A stretch of 64,000 nt of DNA from Camelus dromedarius (Eukaryota), in contig NC_087436.1 of assembly GCF_036321535.1 (NCBI RefSeq), positions 102,488,001 to 102,552,000 on the forward strand. The letters are read 5' to 3'. Position numbers and translations under genes: made by a program. A model generated the notes under the pieces. The model saw only the letters and a list, made by a program, of their open reading frames with translations, was not told where the DNA came from and ran no database searches. Positions 40,303 through 53,859 of the stretch are shown here, piece after piece (the stretch's first letter is position 1; every line of letters begins with the position of its first letter).

Positions 40303-41699
40303 AAACTAAAAGGAACTTTGAGTGTAGATTCCTTATACCCAGATGAGTATCTTCTGGGTAGCCGATGACAGTTTTATAATCATAACCAACTAAAAATAAG
40401 TAACATGAAACAGAATGTCTGGCCCCAATTCTCTTCACATATAGACTCTTTTCTACATGATCATTAGATGGGAGTGCTGGAACATAAAGGCAGGTTCTAT
40501 ATTGTGAGCATTGTACCCTATAGGAGCTACATGTCCTAGTGATTTCTTCTGATCATTTTAATTTGAACTCAGAATATAACAGCCATCCCACAAGTCTCTG
40601 AAGTAGTAATATTAGTATTTTATCATTTTTGTTCCTAAGCCAGCCATATCATTAAGAATTCTTTAACAATCCTGAGACTGATTCTAAGATAATCTCTTAT
40701 GAGAGTCCATAATTAATATAAGTAATAATCTTACTGATATATACACAGTATAATAATGCATATTTTTGAATATGGTACTTTTTTAAAAAACTGCAAAAAT
40801 GGTAAATTTCAGCACATAGTAAAATAAATGATTAACCAATAACGTCAATGAAAAGTTAGTTTCATTCAATAAGAGTTCTTTTACTGTTTCCTTTCACTAG
40901 CTATTTACTAATAGTAAGTATTTGTTTTAGGATATTTACCTCTAAATTCTTATTTATTTTCCCAAGAAATGCAATGCTGTTATCATCAAATTGAGAGTGC
41001 AAATTGCTAATCTGAATTCTCCTTTTCTTTGCCTGCTCTGAATTTTAGCAGTAACCCTGAAAACGTTTTCAAGGCTTCATTGGTAAAATTGTCTTCAATG
41101 AAGTTATAATTAGTAAACTAGCATTTTAGAGGGTATGTATATATATGACATTTAATATAAAGGCTAACATAAAAAGAATGAAAATATAACATGAATCAAG
41201 CAAAATATAGTACTATATATTTAAATTAAATGCATGATAAAACAAACCTTGTATCTTCTTCTATTTCCAGTCAGTAGTTTTCCTTTTTCCCAATAACTGC
41301 ATTAATAAAACTTATTAGTGAATGCTTATAGCTGAAATTTATTTTCAGAGACAAAACAAGAGATGAGGAATGAGTTAGGTGGTAAAGCAGAAACTATGAT
41401 CCTCTGTTTTAAAATGTTGTCATAATATGCATGTGATATATTTGCCTCAAGTTATGCCTAGAAAAGAACAAGGGACTGTTATCCTGATTCTAATAAGTAA
41501 AACAAGCCAGATACATTATACATTTGTAGTTTTTTGTTTGTTTGTTTGGGTTTTTTGTTGCTATTTCTTTTTTAATTATTAGGGGAATAGAACATTACAG
41601 AACTAAGTTCAAAAAGTGATGAATGAGCCCTTGAGAAAGAGAACTGCAGCTGTATTGTGTGTGACTATAACTGAAATTAATTACATAGCATCAAAACCT

Positions 41700-42232
41700 A
41701 TGACTACTTTGGGAAAAATCTTACAAAATATGTACAAAATTTGTATGCTGCAGGCTATAAACTAGTGATGTGAAAAATCAAAGAAAATCTAAATATATTT
41801 AGATATATTTAGATATAGAGATATACCTTGTTCATGGATTATAAAAGATATACCTTGTTCATGGATTATAAAAAGCAGTATTTTCAAGATTCTCAATGCA
41901 AGTCCAATCAAAAGTCCAGCAAGCCTTTTGTAGAAATTGCCAAAATAATTATAAAGTTTATATCACAAAACAAAGGACTTAGAATAGCCAAAAAAATTTT
42001 TTTGAAAATGAGAGATAAAGTTGGAGCACTCATACTACTTGATTTCAAGACTTCCTATAAAGGTACTTATTCCAATAGCATGACATATGGTAGAAAAAAA
42101 GACCAATGAATGGAATAGAGATTCAAGAACTAGAACCACATATTTATGGTCAGTTAATAGCTAATGGAGAAAGGATAATTTTCTCAACATACAGAACAGA
42201 TACATTTAGCCATCAATACACACGCACAAACA

Positions 42233-42272
<40 letters not shown>

Positions 42273-43340
42273 GTGGCCCTTACATCATACCACAAAGGAA
42301 AAACAAAAACAAAACTTGAAATGAATCATAAGCTCAAAACCATGAAAATAGAAAATAGAAAAAAAAATAGAAAAAAAAATCTTTATGACCCTAGGTTAGG
42401 AAAACATTTCTTGGAAGTTAAAAGGCAGTAATAATTTCCATAAATGGATTTCAGTAGAAATTTAAGTCACTTGTTGTTCAAAAGACACTGTTAAGAGAAT
42501 AAAAAGATAAGACACAGACTTAGAGAAATTGTTTCCAAAACACATATCTGAAAAAGAATTATGTCCAGAATATGTAATGAACACCCAAGATTTAATCAGA
42601 TAAGAATCAAATTTAAAAAGACAAGAGATTTAAGCAAACACTCCACTAAAGATATATATCATATATCCATGAGTGCAAATGGTTTCATGAATATATGCTT
42701 GACATGAATAGTAATTACGGAAATATAAATTAATTCTGTAATAACTAATGCAAATGCATACAGAAACAATATAATATACATCATTGTGTTGCATATAATA
42801 CACAATTAATGTATAGATCAATTCCTCATGATTCCATAATGAGATACCATTGTATTTGGACCAGAATGGCAACAAAAAAACAAAGCAAAACAAAAAACTA
42901 GCATCAGTATTGGTACTGTCATGTGCTGGCAATGATGTGCAGTAATTTGAACTTTTTGACATTTCACATGGCAATATAAAGTGAAACAACCACTTTGAAA
43001 AATAATTTGGTGGGTTTTTTTTGATTAAACATATATAGTTGCCACACCACCCAGTCAATCTACAGCTAGGTATTTCCTAAGAGAAATGAAAACCCATGTT
43101 GTCCCAAAAACCTGTACAGAAATGTTTATAACAACTTTATACTCTCCAAAAAAAATCCAAATCAATCTAAATATCTATCATGACTTATCCCTCAGGAAGC
43201 TGTACTACATCTATAAAATTCAATACTATTAAGCAATTAAAAGGACCAAACTGCCAATAAATGCAACAACATGGATAAGTCTCAGAAGTTTTACACTAGG
43301 CAGAAAAAGCCAGACACAAATTCTTACATTTTATATGGTC
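41700..43340 (+). mobile_element. Old L1 (L1MC/MD-like) ORF2 3' part and 3'UTR, containing a (CA)n tract
   Basis: ORF2-like LRIAKKIFLK..VGALILLDFKTSYK, IEIQELEPHIYGQLI; appears to resume at ~44804 after the nested insertions. Confidence 0.8.
42217..42270. repeat. (CA)n microsatellite
   Basis: Imperfect CA run followed by a perfect one. Confidence 0.95.
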
Positions 43341-43341
43341 A

Positions 43342-44191
43342 TTATTTTTTATTATTGAAGTATAGTCAGTTTACAATGTGTCAATTTCTAGTGTATAGCA
43401 TAAAGCTTCAGTCATATATATATGTACATATATTCACTTTCATACACTTTTTCATTATAGGTTACTACAAGATATTGAATATAGTTCCCTGTGCTATGCA
43501 GTATAAGCTTGTTGTTTATCTATTTTATATATACCAGTTCATATCTGCACTTCGCAAACTCCCACCCAATCCCCACCCTATTCCCTTCCCACCCCATTTC
43601 CTTCTGGTAACCATAAGATTGTTTACTATGTCTGTGAGTCTGTTTCTGTTTTGTAGATAAGCTCATTAGTGTCTTCTTTTTTCTTTTTTTATATTCCACA
43701 TATGAGTGATATCATGTGGTATTTTTCTTTTTCTTTCTGGCTTACTTCACTTAGAATGACATTCTCCAGGTCCATCTATGTTGTTTAAATTGCATTATTT
43801 TATTCTTTTTATGGCTGAGGAGTAATCCATTGAATAAATATACCATGACTTCTTTATCCAGTCATCTGTTGATGGACATTTATGTTGTTTTCATGTCTTG
43901 GCTATTGTATATAATGCTGTTATGAACATTGGAGTGTATGCATCTTTTCAAATTAGATTTCCCTCTGGATATATGCCCAGGAGTGGGATTGCTGAATCAT
44001 GGAAAGTCTATCTTTAGTTTTTTGAGGACTCTCCATATTGTTTTCCATAATGGCTGCATCAAACTGCATTCCCACCAACAGTATACAAGAGTTCCCTTTT
44101 CTCCATGCCCTCTCCAGCAATTATCACTTGTGGAATTTTTAATGATGGCTATTCTGACTGGTGTGAGGTGATACCTCATTGTAGTTTTGAT
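43342..44191 (-). mobile_element. Young L1 3' portion (tail at left), part of a 5'-inverted element
   Basis: Antisense 3'UTR similar to that at 20420-20650; ORF2 end [27 protein letters not shown]. Confidence 0.9.
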
Positions 44192-44689
44192 GGACAGCTG
44201 CATGTAAATCAGTGAAGTTACAACATTCCCTCACATCTCATACAAAAATGATCTCAAAATGGCTTAAAGACTTAAACATAACAAGACGTTATAAACCTCC
44301 TAGAAGAAAACATAGGCAAAATAACTTCTGGCATGAATCTTAGCACTGTTCTCCTAGGGCAGTCTACCTACACAATAGAAATAAAAGCAAAAATAAACAA
44401 ATGGGACCTAATTAAGTTTATAAGCTTTTGCACAGCAAAAGAAACCATAAGCAAAACAAAATGACTACCTACAGAATGGGAGAAAATATTTGCAAATGAT
44501 ACGATTGACAAAGGTTTAATTTCCAGAATGTATAAACAGCTCATACAACTTAATAAGAAATAGCAACCCAATACAAAAATGGGCAGAAGACCTAAACAAG
44601 CAGTTCACCAATGAAGACATACAAATGACCAATAAGCATGTGAAAAAATGCTCAATATCACTAATTATCAGAGAAATGCAAATTAAAAC
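44192..44689 (+). mobile_element. Inverted 5' portion (ORF2) of the same L1
   Basis: ORF2 text aaataaacaaatgggacctaattaag..cagaatgggagaaaatatttgcaaat, ending gagaaatgcaaattaaaact, which in L1 directly precedes acaatgaggtatcacc. Confidence 0.88.
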
Positions 44690-45660
44690 TATATGGTCAA
44701 AAAAAACTTCTAAAAAATTATCAATACACATCATGCATCTTACAAAATTTCAGATAATTTGACCTGGTTTAATTCCACTCAAAAAAAAAAAAACTTTATG
44801 GTCTATTTTTTTTGACATTATATAAAAGACAAAACTGTAGGGAAAAATCAGAAAAAAATATGTAAACTATCCTCATATGTCTGGAAATATAAAATGTTTT
44901 ATAAATAGTGAGGAAAGGGAAGATGGCACATCAAGAAATAAAAAATAAATCATTTGCCTTAAAAAAAAAACTATCCCTTCAGTTTTAGAAGCAATAGCTT
45001 ATATTTAATCATGTAAAGAAAATTTTGAGTTATAGTTTTAAAAAGATTATTGAATTTAGCCTTAGCCTTTGCTGAGGACTTCCCAGTTAGACTCAGTATT
45101 TCGAATATGCCTTTAACTTTCTATTCTACTTTTATTTTGTAATTCTGCCATACAGCTACACTAGTGTACAACAAAGATTGGTAGTGATAAAATATTTAAA
45201 TATTAGTTGATTCATCAAATATATTTTGATGATTTTTAATTTGTAATTATCCTTAAAATATAAATGGATTAGAAAGAATTAACAAAGTCATTTGTAATAA
45301 GAGATTACATACTATCAGAAGAGAAAATACTCTGGGCTGTGGTTGGTTTTATAGAGTTATTTGAAGTATACGATCAAATTTTTATTTATACCTTATTGCC
45401 AATATAAAGTTTTTTATATTTTAAAACAGGTGTTTTCATTGAAAAATATTTGCCATCTTACTGCATGCTTTATGCCTCCTCATTCTCTCCAAAAAAAATG
45501 TTCTGTGTATTTCACTGCTTCTATTTACTTTCATGCAAAAAATATAATATAGTTGGAAACATCATAAACTTACTTACTGAGTGAATAGATTGAATATGAT
45601 TCTTAGAATTTTTTAAACAAGGCTTTACATTTACTGGACCAGTGTATTATGTCATAAAAT

Positions 45661-46063
45661 CAATGATGCACTGAAGCCAGCTCGTCCTGGCTCACGAGAG
45701 CTGAGCATTCATTTTTCAGGAATATTGCTTGCTGGCTGCTAAACGCAGACATTATTAAAGATTAATTACACAAATTTACTCCTAAATGTATTACACTAAA
45801 AAAATAAAATCTCAAAACTCATCACTTCCTGATCGTTTTTCTCTGTTTTATCATTAATTTAGGTCCATGATTATTTATGTATAGTTCATGTGTACAGTGA
45901 AATAACATACACTGATGTGCCATTGTGCAACCTTTCCAATTCCACTTTCAGCAGTGTCATATTGGCAGCTAGAAATTGGCTATTGTGGGAATACTTACAT
46001 CATAAAAAGAGAAAATGCCATATTTTTAAAAAATACAGTTGTTAAATATGTGTCAGCACACTG
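45661..46063 (+). mobile_element. MER63-like hAT-Blackjack DNA transposon
   Basis: ctgaagccagctcgtcctggctcacgagagctga start; cagttgttaaata..cagcacactg end. Confidence 0.75.
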
Positions 46064-46177
46064 CTACATGAAGCCCTGCTTTTAGATGCCTGCTCTGTAA
46101 TAAGCACAGTTACTACAAACACAAAAATAAATAGGCTGTCTGCCCTAATGGCAAATACAAGATAAGAAGACTGTAAG

Positions 46178-47950
46178 AGAAGTCAGGACAAGATGGCAAA
46201 TCAAGAAGACCCTGAGCTCACCTCCTCCCACAGGCACAACAAAATTCATCTATTTATAGAGTGACTATTGATAAGAAGCACCTAAAGACTATCAGAAAAA
46301 ATCTTTGACAACTAAAGATACAAAGAAGGAGCCACAATAGAGACAGTTAGGAGGGGCAGAGACATTTTATAGTCGAGGCCCATAACCCTGGTTGGGAAAC
46401 CCACAAACAGGAGGATAATTACAGTCGCAAAGATTCATCCCAAGGAGAGAGGGTCACGAGCCCAATATTGAGTTTCCCCGCACAGGGGTCCTGCCTAGAG
46501 AAGACAAGCGCCCCTCCCCAGAAGGAGGCCAGCAGGGCTTACTTTTGAGAGAGCCAGAGGGCTGTAGGAAATAGAGATGCCACACTTAAAAGGTGCACAA
46601 AAATTCTCACATGTTCCCTCTCATATGGGCAATTAATCTTCAACAAAGGAAGCAAGAATATACACTGGGGAAAAGACCACCTCTTCAATAAATGATGTTG
46701 GAAATACTGGGCAGCTGCATGCAAGTAATCAAACTGCTATTTTCTCACACCACGCACAAAAATAAATTCAAAATGGGTAAAAGATTTATGAATAAGATCT
46801 GTAACCATAAAACTTCCAGAAGAAAATATAGGCAGTGTACTCCTTGACGTTATTTTTAGTATTATTTTTTATATATGTCTCCTCAGGCAAGGGAAACAAA
46901 AGCCAAAATAAACCAATGGGACTACATCAAACTAAAAAGCTTTTGCACAACGAAGGAAACTATCACGGAAATGAAAAGACCACCAAATGAAAGGGAGAAG
47001 ATATTTGCAAAGCAATCTATCTGGATAAGAGCTTTATACCAAAATATGCAAAGAACTCATACAATTCAATATCAAAAAATCAATCAACTCAATTAAAAAT
47101 GGACAGAGGAGATGAATAGACATTTTTCCAAAGAGGACAAACAGATGGCCAACAAGCACATGAAAAGATGCTCAACATCACTAATCATCAGGGAAATGGA
47201 AATCAAAACCACAATAACATCTCACACTTGTCAGAATGGCTTTTTTCAAAAAGGCAGCAAATAACAAGTGTTAGTAAGGATGTGGAGAAAAGGGAACCCT
47301 CATGCCAGAAGGTAAATTGAAGCAGCCACTATGAAAAAAGCATGGAGATTCCTCAAAAGAATTAAAAATAGAACTACCACATTTTCCCACAATTCCATTC
47401 CTGTGTATTTACCCAAAGAAAATTAAAATACTACTTCATAAAAATATATGCACCTCTATACTCATTGCAGCGTTATTTACAGTAGCCACAACATGAAAGC
47501 AACCCATGTCCATCAATAAATGAATGGATAAAGAATATTACTCAGCCCTAAAGAAGAATGAAATCTTGCCATTTGTGACAATAGATGGACCTAGAGAGTA
47601 TTATATGAAGTGAAATAAGTCAGACAGAGAAAGACAAATACTGTATGATTTCACTTATACATGGAATCTAAAAACCAAATGAACAAACATAGCCAAAGAG
47701 AAACAGTCACAGATAAAGAGAACAAATAGGTGGTTACCAAAGGGTAAGGATGTTAGAGGAGGAAATATGTGATAGAGATTAATGGGCACAAACTTCCAGG
47801 AGCAAAATAAATATCATGGGTATGAAGTGTATATGTGGGGAATGTAGTTCATAATTACGTAATATCTTTGTGTGGTGACACATGGTAACTAGACATATCA
47901 TGGTGACCATTTTGAAATATATAGAAATATCAAATCAATATGTTGTGTGC
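46178..47950 (+). mobile_element. L1 with 5'UTR joined directly to the ORF2 3' end and 3'UTR (internal deletion or two fused copies)
   Basis: caagatggc..gaccctgagctcacctcctccca 5' start; from ~46620 YGQLIFNKG, KAKINQWDYIKLKSFCT; 3'UTR to ~47950. Confidence 0.85.
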
Positions 47951-49769
47951 TTCCAAGACAAACAAACAGCAACCCAAACAAACTTGAAGAAAAAGAGATC
48001 AGATATGTGGTTACTAGAGGCTATGGTCTCTCTTGTGGGACATGATCTCTTCCAGAGGGTGGGGATATACCATACAGAAAAAGTGACTTTGGAGTTGGAC
48101 TTTGACAAAAAAAGTAGAAATTCATCAAGTGGAGGAGGTACATAAATTTACCCCAGTCAAGGAGGAGAGCATCATCAAAGGAAAGGGACATAAGACAAAA
48201 ATGTATTTTATGGTAAAACCTACTATTTCCAAATCTCTTTAATAGATGATGTGTTATCTCTATTTGCCTCTCTCTTACAGGAATACTTACGATGGCATTA
48301 TTTATGATAGTATATGTAATCCAAAGTAATATTCTCATTTTAAGATCCTTAATTGAATTACATCTGTAAGATAATTTATCCAAAGAAGGTAAAATATATT
48401 CCATTATTCAACCTACTACAGGTATATCGTACACAGCAGTGATAATTGAAACTACAGCAGTGGGAGAATTACACAGAGAAATTTCATAAAGAAGGAAAAG
48501 GAAAGCACCCAAATCAGTACATTGATTAATAGTCCCCAAAATATGTGGGTAAGAAGAAGAGAAATCAGTGGCAGACACTAAGAATGCCTGGAGCAAGGAA
48601 AGGGAAACAGAACAGGAAAAGAAAGTTGTAAAATGCAATCCAAGGGAACGGACAGGATACACGGGAAAAACTGAAAAAATAAATGAGTGAAGTAAACCTT
48701 AAAATTGAATTTTAAATTACAAAAAGGCTTAAAAATTTACACATGGTGATTGTAATCCTTGGTTGATTCCATGGTCAGTCTAACCTAGTTTTCAGTTTCT
48801 TACAGACTGGTTATCGGAGGGACGTGACTTTCATCCTTGGGGCTAAAATTTAAGTACTGGAGGCAATGTTAAAAATATCACTTTTTTTTTTAATTTATAA
48901 AATGCATAGTTCACAATTGTCAGATATTACAATCAACAGTGTCAAGGAGAGTCCTCATCAAACTAATCATCCTTACTATGTAGCTGCTAAACTCAGCTGT
49001 TTTTGAGCTGCTGAAGAAGCTTGTAGATCTAAATATGAAAATGACACAATCTCTTAAATTATTATTGAAAGACTGTCTACTGTTTGAATTTTGGTTCATT
49101 GTGGAAAAATCATATAACCACAGCTTTGTTAAGGCTCTCTTTAAAGATTAGAGATACCCCAGTTATAACTATATCCTAACCAGAGCTCTGTCATTTCTCA
49201 AGATGTCCAATTATTTTGCATATCTAGTTATATTTCCTGTGTACCACCACTTGCAGAAAATGTGTTTAACCGGTGTGCAATATGTCTACTTGAGTACATG
49301 ACTGTATTTGTCCTAAACATAACTCTTGCATGTTTTACAAAGAGCAGTCCCTGCCCTGATATTCTGAAGTTTGATTTAAAAAGAAAGTTGTAATTCACTT
49401 GAAGTAAGCCACTTATAATTGTCTTTATTTTAGACTTTTATCTCATCTAATTTTAACCTTCAAGTTCTCAAATTCAAGAATCCAATTCTCATGTTTGTAC
49501 TCTTATAAGAGCCAATCACACCCATCAGTTATTATCAACTTTACTGAATGGTCCTTAAAATTGAATTTACTTAAAGAAAATACTTCCTTTATTTTGGAAG
49601 CTAATGAAATATTTTACTTTATCAAAATTGATACCATGTTTTAACCCTTGTTTACATTACCCGTATTAATAACAGGGAGAAATATGCTGATATTTTTTAC
49701 CAAAAATGACACTAATCCTCAAAAACTGAGTCATTGGCTCCTAAGCAGAGGTTCACATTGAACAGAATA

Positions 49770-50190
49770 AATATTCCTACTAGGGAGATGGCTCATTCAG
49801 GAGCCACATGAAAATGTAAGCCAACTCCAGGTATCTCAACTAGGAAGAGAATTAAATACATAAAGCACCACCAAAGGGATAGTAAAGGCTAATAAAGGTG
49901 GAAAAGCCCCTGGAAATTTCCACCAATTATTTTATTTGCCTGCAGTACTACGGTGGATGATCCATAGAAAAGAAACATTGTAAAACCTTAGCAAAGTCTA
50001 TCATTGGATTTCTCTGTAGCCCACATACCTGTCTGCAGCTTTCACCTGAGAACATGATTTGTCTTTAAATTCCAGTTTTCAAACCTCACAAAGTCTCTGT
50101 TACCTATTATAATAACACTCCTGCAAGGGAGTCTGGGAATTATAATTTTCAGGCTTTCATACTTTGAAGTACAGAAAATTACTTACAATA
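49770..50190 (-). mobile_element. Old ERVL/MaLR-type LTR remnant
   Basis: ctgcaagggagtctgggaattataatttt motif shared by old ERVL LTRs. Confidence 0.4.
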
Positions 50191-52022
50191 TTAGCATAGA
50201 TATTTTAATATGACCTGAAACATGATGACTAAGTGTGTGTAATTCAGTCATAACCAAGAGTTAATAATTCTCTTTTGCTTTAATTTATCTTGATCAAAAT
50301 ATGATTGTTGTATCACGGAACAAATACAGCTATGACAGAGGTCAAAAGTCATATAACTAATTGTTGGCATTTTAAGAGTTTTATAGTATTTTTATATTAT
50401 ACATTTTTTTCCATGAAAACTCTTATTTTGACTCATAAGCTCTTTCCGTTTTTATTTCTTTGTTGGTGTTTGTCTATATTAGTTTTTTTTTAAGTTTTAT
50501 ATTTTACATATGTATCATTTGATTATTGGTCATTCTGTGTAGTTTTCATTACTGTTGGTGCCTCTTTCTGGATTCTGAAAAACCAACCCAAATCTCAAGA
50601 CCAACTAAATAATTTTAGATCTCTTGTTAATGCAGTCTATCACTGTTTTAGAAGTGTAATTACTGTGAACCTAAAACTGCTCTAAAAATGTCTATTAAAA
50701 ACAAAATGAAGCAAAAATATAATGTTATTCTCAACAGTGAATTTCCTTATCCCATTTGATTCTTCTTGAATTATCTAATATGGATAAGAGAATGTATAAA
50801 GATTTAAGTTAAAGAAAAATAACGTTACATTAATAAGACAGATTCTCTATATGATTGGATAAACACAGATTCTAGCACAGCTAAAAATAAATATTTCATA
50901 CATCCTAATACTTCTGAAATACAATTTAAAATTCCAAATCATTTTAAGATTGTCCTTGTAAAATCTTGAATCAATCCACTTAATTACAACTGATCTTTCT
51001 ATCTCTTGTTTCTGCTAACTCTAGCATGTGTAGTCAAAACTCGATAGTGCTATGGAAACCAAACTAACCTGGGGTTAGAAGTCCTGATTTCAAAATGTGA
51101 CTCTGACTCTCAGATGACCTTGAAAAAAATCACTTATGTTCACTCTAGTCTCATTTCAAAGAACTATCCTAAATTTTAAATAAGATGTCTCTGAAACTAC
51201 CTTATAACTGTGGAACATACAAAAATGGAGTACACTTTTGAATTTACATAGTCAGCAACTGTGCAAAATGGAAATGAGTTCCCAACTCATTTTCAATATG
51301 TACTCAATTCTAATAATGGAGTAAATTCTTGGGATTATTTAAGAGTTTTATGTCTTGACAGGGATACAGGAATTGCATAAGATGTAGAATGAATGAGATA
51401 AAACAGGTAATCCTTGCAAGATCCATGTGGTGTTGGTCACATTTGACCCTCATCTGCTAAAAATAAAATGTAATTTCTTTAAATCTGGCCCAATCTTCCA
51501 AGGAGTCAGAATGAGTAAAATACTTTCTCAAAGCAAATTCTTCATACTTGAAAGGTAAATTGCCTCTCCTGAGGCACAAAGAGGAACTAATATACCTGAG
51601 AAAAGGTAATTTCTCAGGGAGTCTCTTCCAGAAGATTTGGCTAAGCAATAGAATGTTTTATGCGCCCAGTCTCTTCATGAATCAAGTTCAATAAAGACAA
51701 AGCTCACATTATGTTTTTCCCCAAAGCACTTGAAAATCTACTCTTTAATATAATAGTAAATAAATTCACAAATTGATAATTTTTCCCAGGACTCTATGTC
51801 CAAGACACAGTGCTAATCACAGCTGATAATACAAACTTGAATCATGCAGAAGATTGCCCTCAAATGTCTTAAAAGTTGTAATGTCATGTTGGGCCATCCA
51901 ATGGGCTGTGGGCTATATACAAAAAACATATGAATTGCATATTAGAAATAATCAGAATTTCTTTCCCATGACAGGCTAGCAGCCATTGTGTGATGCTCTG
52001 TTTTCCATTCTGTTTTTCATGT

Positions 52023-52024
<2 letters not shown>

Positions 52025-52064
<40 letters not shown>

Positions 52065-52075
52065 TTTTGTGTGTA

Positions 52076-52106
<31 letters not shown>
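52025..52106. repeat. Compound (TG)n(TA)n(T)n microsatellite
   Basis: Directly visible. Confidence 0.95.
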
Positions 52107-52599
52107 ACCTTGCAAACTTCTCTTTATCTTCTTGGTAAAAACTTAAGTCTTATTCAAATGCACTGAATTTACTGATAAGTTATGATAAAGAGTAAGATAC
52201 TACATATGATTATAAACTTATATATATGAATATGTGTGTGTTTATACATGTATACATACATACATCTATAAACACACACAAACTCCCAACATGGGTGTGT
52301 ATGGATGTGTATTCTTTCAAGTTTGCAGAAAGAAATTTCTTCTGTTAGGGAAAACATTCAATAGATAAATGATTTCTGGGGATATTATACACTATGTATC
52401 CTACTTATTAGTTTAGAAGGCCTGCTAAAGCTACATATTAACAATACTAGTAAAGATGAGATGTCTTAAAATAAATGTATTTAAATTCTATTGACCCAGA
52501 ATTTTCTGAACTTCATTAATCAAGGTATTGCACATGACATATATTTTATCATGACTTCAGGCAGAGCACATACACTTTGTGAAACTCTTTTGTAGAGTC

Positions 52600-52862
52600 A
52601 TGGAATGATACTATTAGAGCTATGTTAAAATGAAATATTCTAGAGATAGAGCAAAATCTTAAGATGAAACTGCATGCTGTGTGGAATGCTTCAAAATAAT
52701 ACAGAGGAGGTGGAGAAGGGGGTGGTTTAGTGGTGATACAGATGAAACGTTGATCATGAGATAAGAACCGTTGAAGCTGAATGATGGCTGCATAGGGGAT
52801 TAATTATACTTTTATTTCTACTTTGATACATTTTGAAATTTATCTATAGTAAAAGTTTTATA
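52600..52862 (+). mobile_element. L1ME/MD-like 3' terminus
   Basis: gttgaagctgaatgatgg..attatacttttatttctacttt..tttgaaattt..aaaagttt. Confidence 0.7.
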
Positions 52863-52879
52863 ATGACATAAATATATGC

Positions 52880-53085
52880 TTTAGAATAAGATCCAAGATT
52901 CTAGTCGCAGGTCAACATCTCAGAAGCTATGTATCTTTAGACAAGTTAATTACTTCTCTATCTTTTGTTATATATCAACGAAATAGGAAAAAATAGTACA
53001 TACACCACAGAATTGTTATTAAGATTAAAGTACTCATATTTGTAGGACACTTAGCATGTTAGTAATCAAAAAATGTTAACTACTA
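52880..53085 (+). mobile_element. MIR
   Basis: ctttagacaagttaattacttctct..cacagaattgttattaagattaaa. Confidence 0.65.
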
Positions 53086-53859
53086 TTTGAATTTACTCAG
53101 TGTCATTCATAGGCATTTTTGTGAGTTAGTTTAGAGAACTAAAACAACCTTTATCACATTTTTTTGTGAAAAAATGGATTATGAGATAAAACACAAATTA
53201 ATTGAGGGGACATAGCCTATTTATAACTTCTAATCATAACTTGGGAATTGCTAGAATTGTAGTAATGGAAATGAATATATTTTCCCACATAAATTGAAAT
53301 CTTGATGGATTGATGCTTTTATGATTATCCCAAGGCAAAAATAAATAAGTCCCTTAGCAGGTAGATTATTTTAAACTTAAATGATGATTGAATAAAACTC
53401 ACATTGATGTCAATGTCTTTACAAGAGAGTGATGCAAATAGATTTGTGTTCCATATATGTCTGGAGGATTTGTGGAAAATTAATGCACTTGATATTCATT
53501 CATTTATTCTCTCTCTCTCTCTCTCTCTGAAATATAGGATCTACAGGGTCTACAAATTATCCATAATGAAAGAATTAAGGCCATTGTAGGCTTATCAACA
53601 AAATATGGATTTATTTAATTTTGTAAGTTCACATTAAATGATTGTACCTGAATGTCCACTTTTCTTTATAGGTGTAAAAATGCGATGAAAGCTTTTTTAC
53701 TTCTCCTCTCATTAAATGAGCACATTTTGATGTGTACACATGCAGATTATCATATAAATGCAAGACTTCCGATGCATTCTTTATTTTAAGGTGCAGTAGA
53801 TACATTTTAACTCTTATATAATTTTCCAGCAGAACGGAATCCTGAAAATCTATCTAAAC

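Noticed and set aside
42630..44734. Several 67-142 aa ORFs
   Set aside because: All are sense or antisense frames of L1 fragments.
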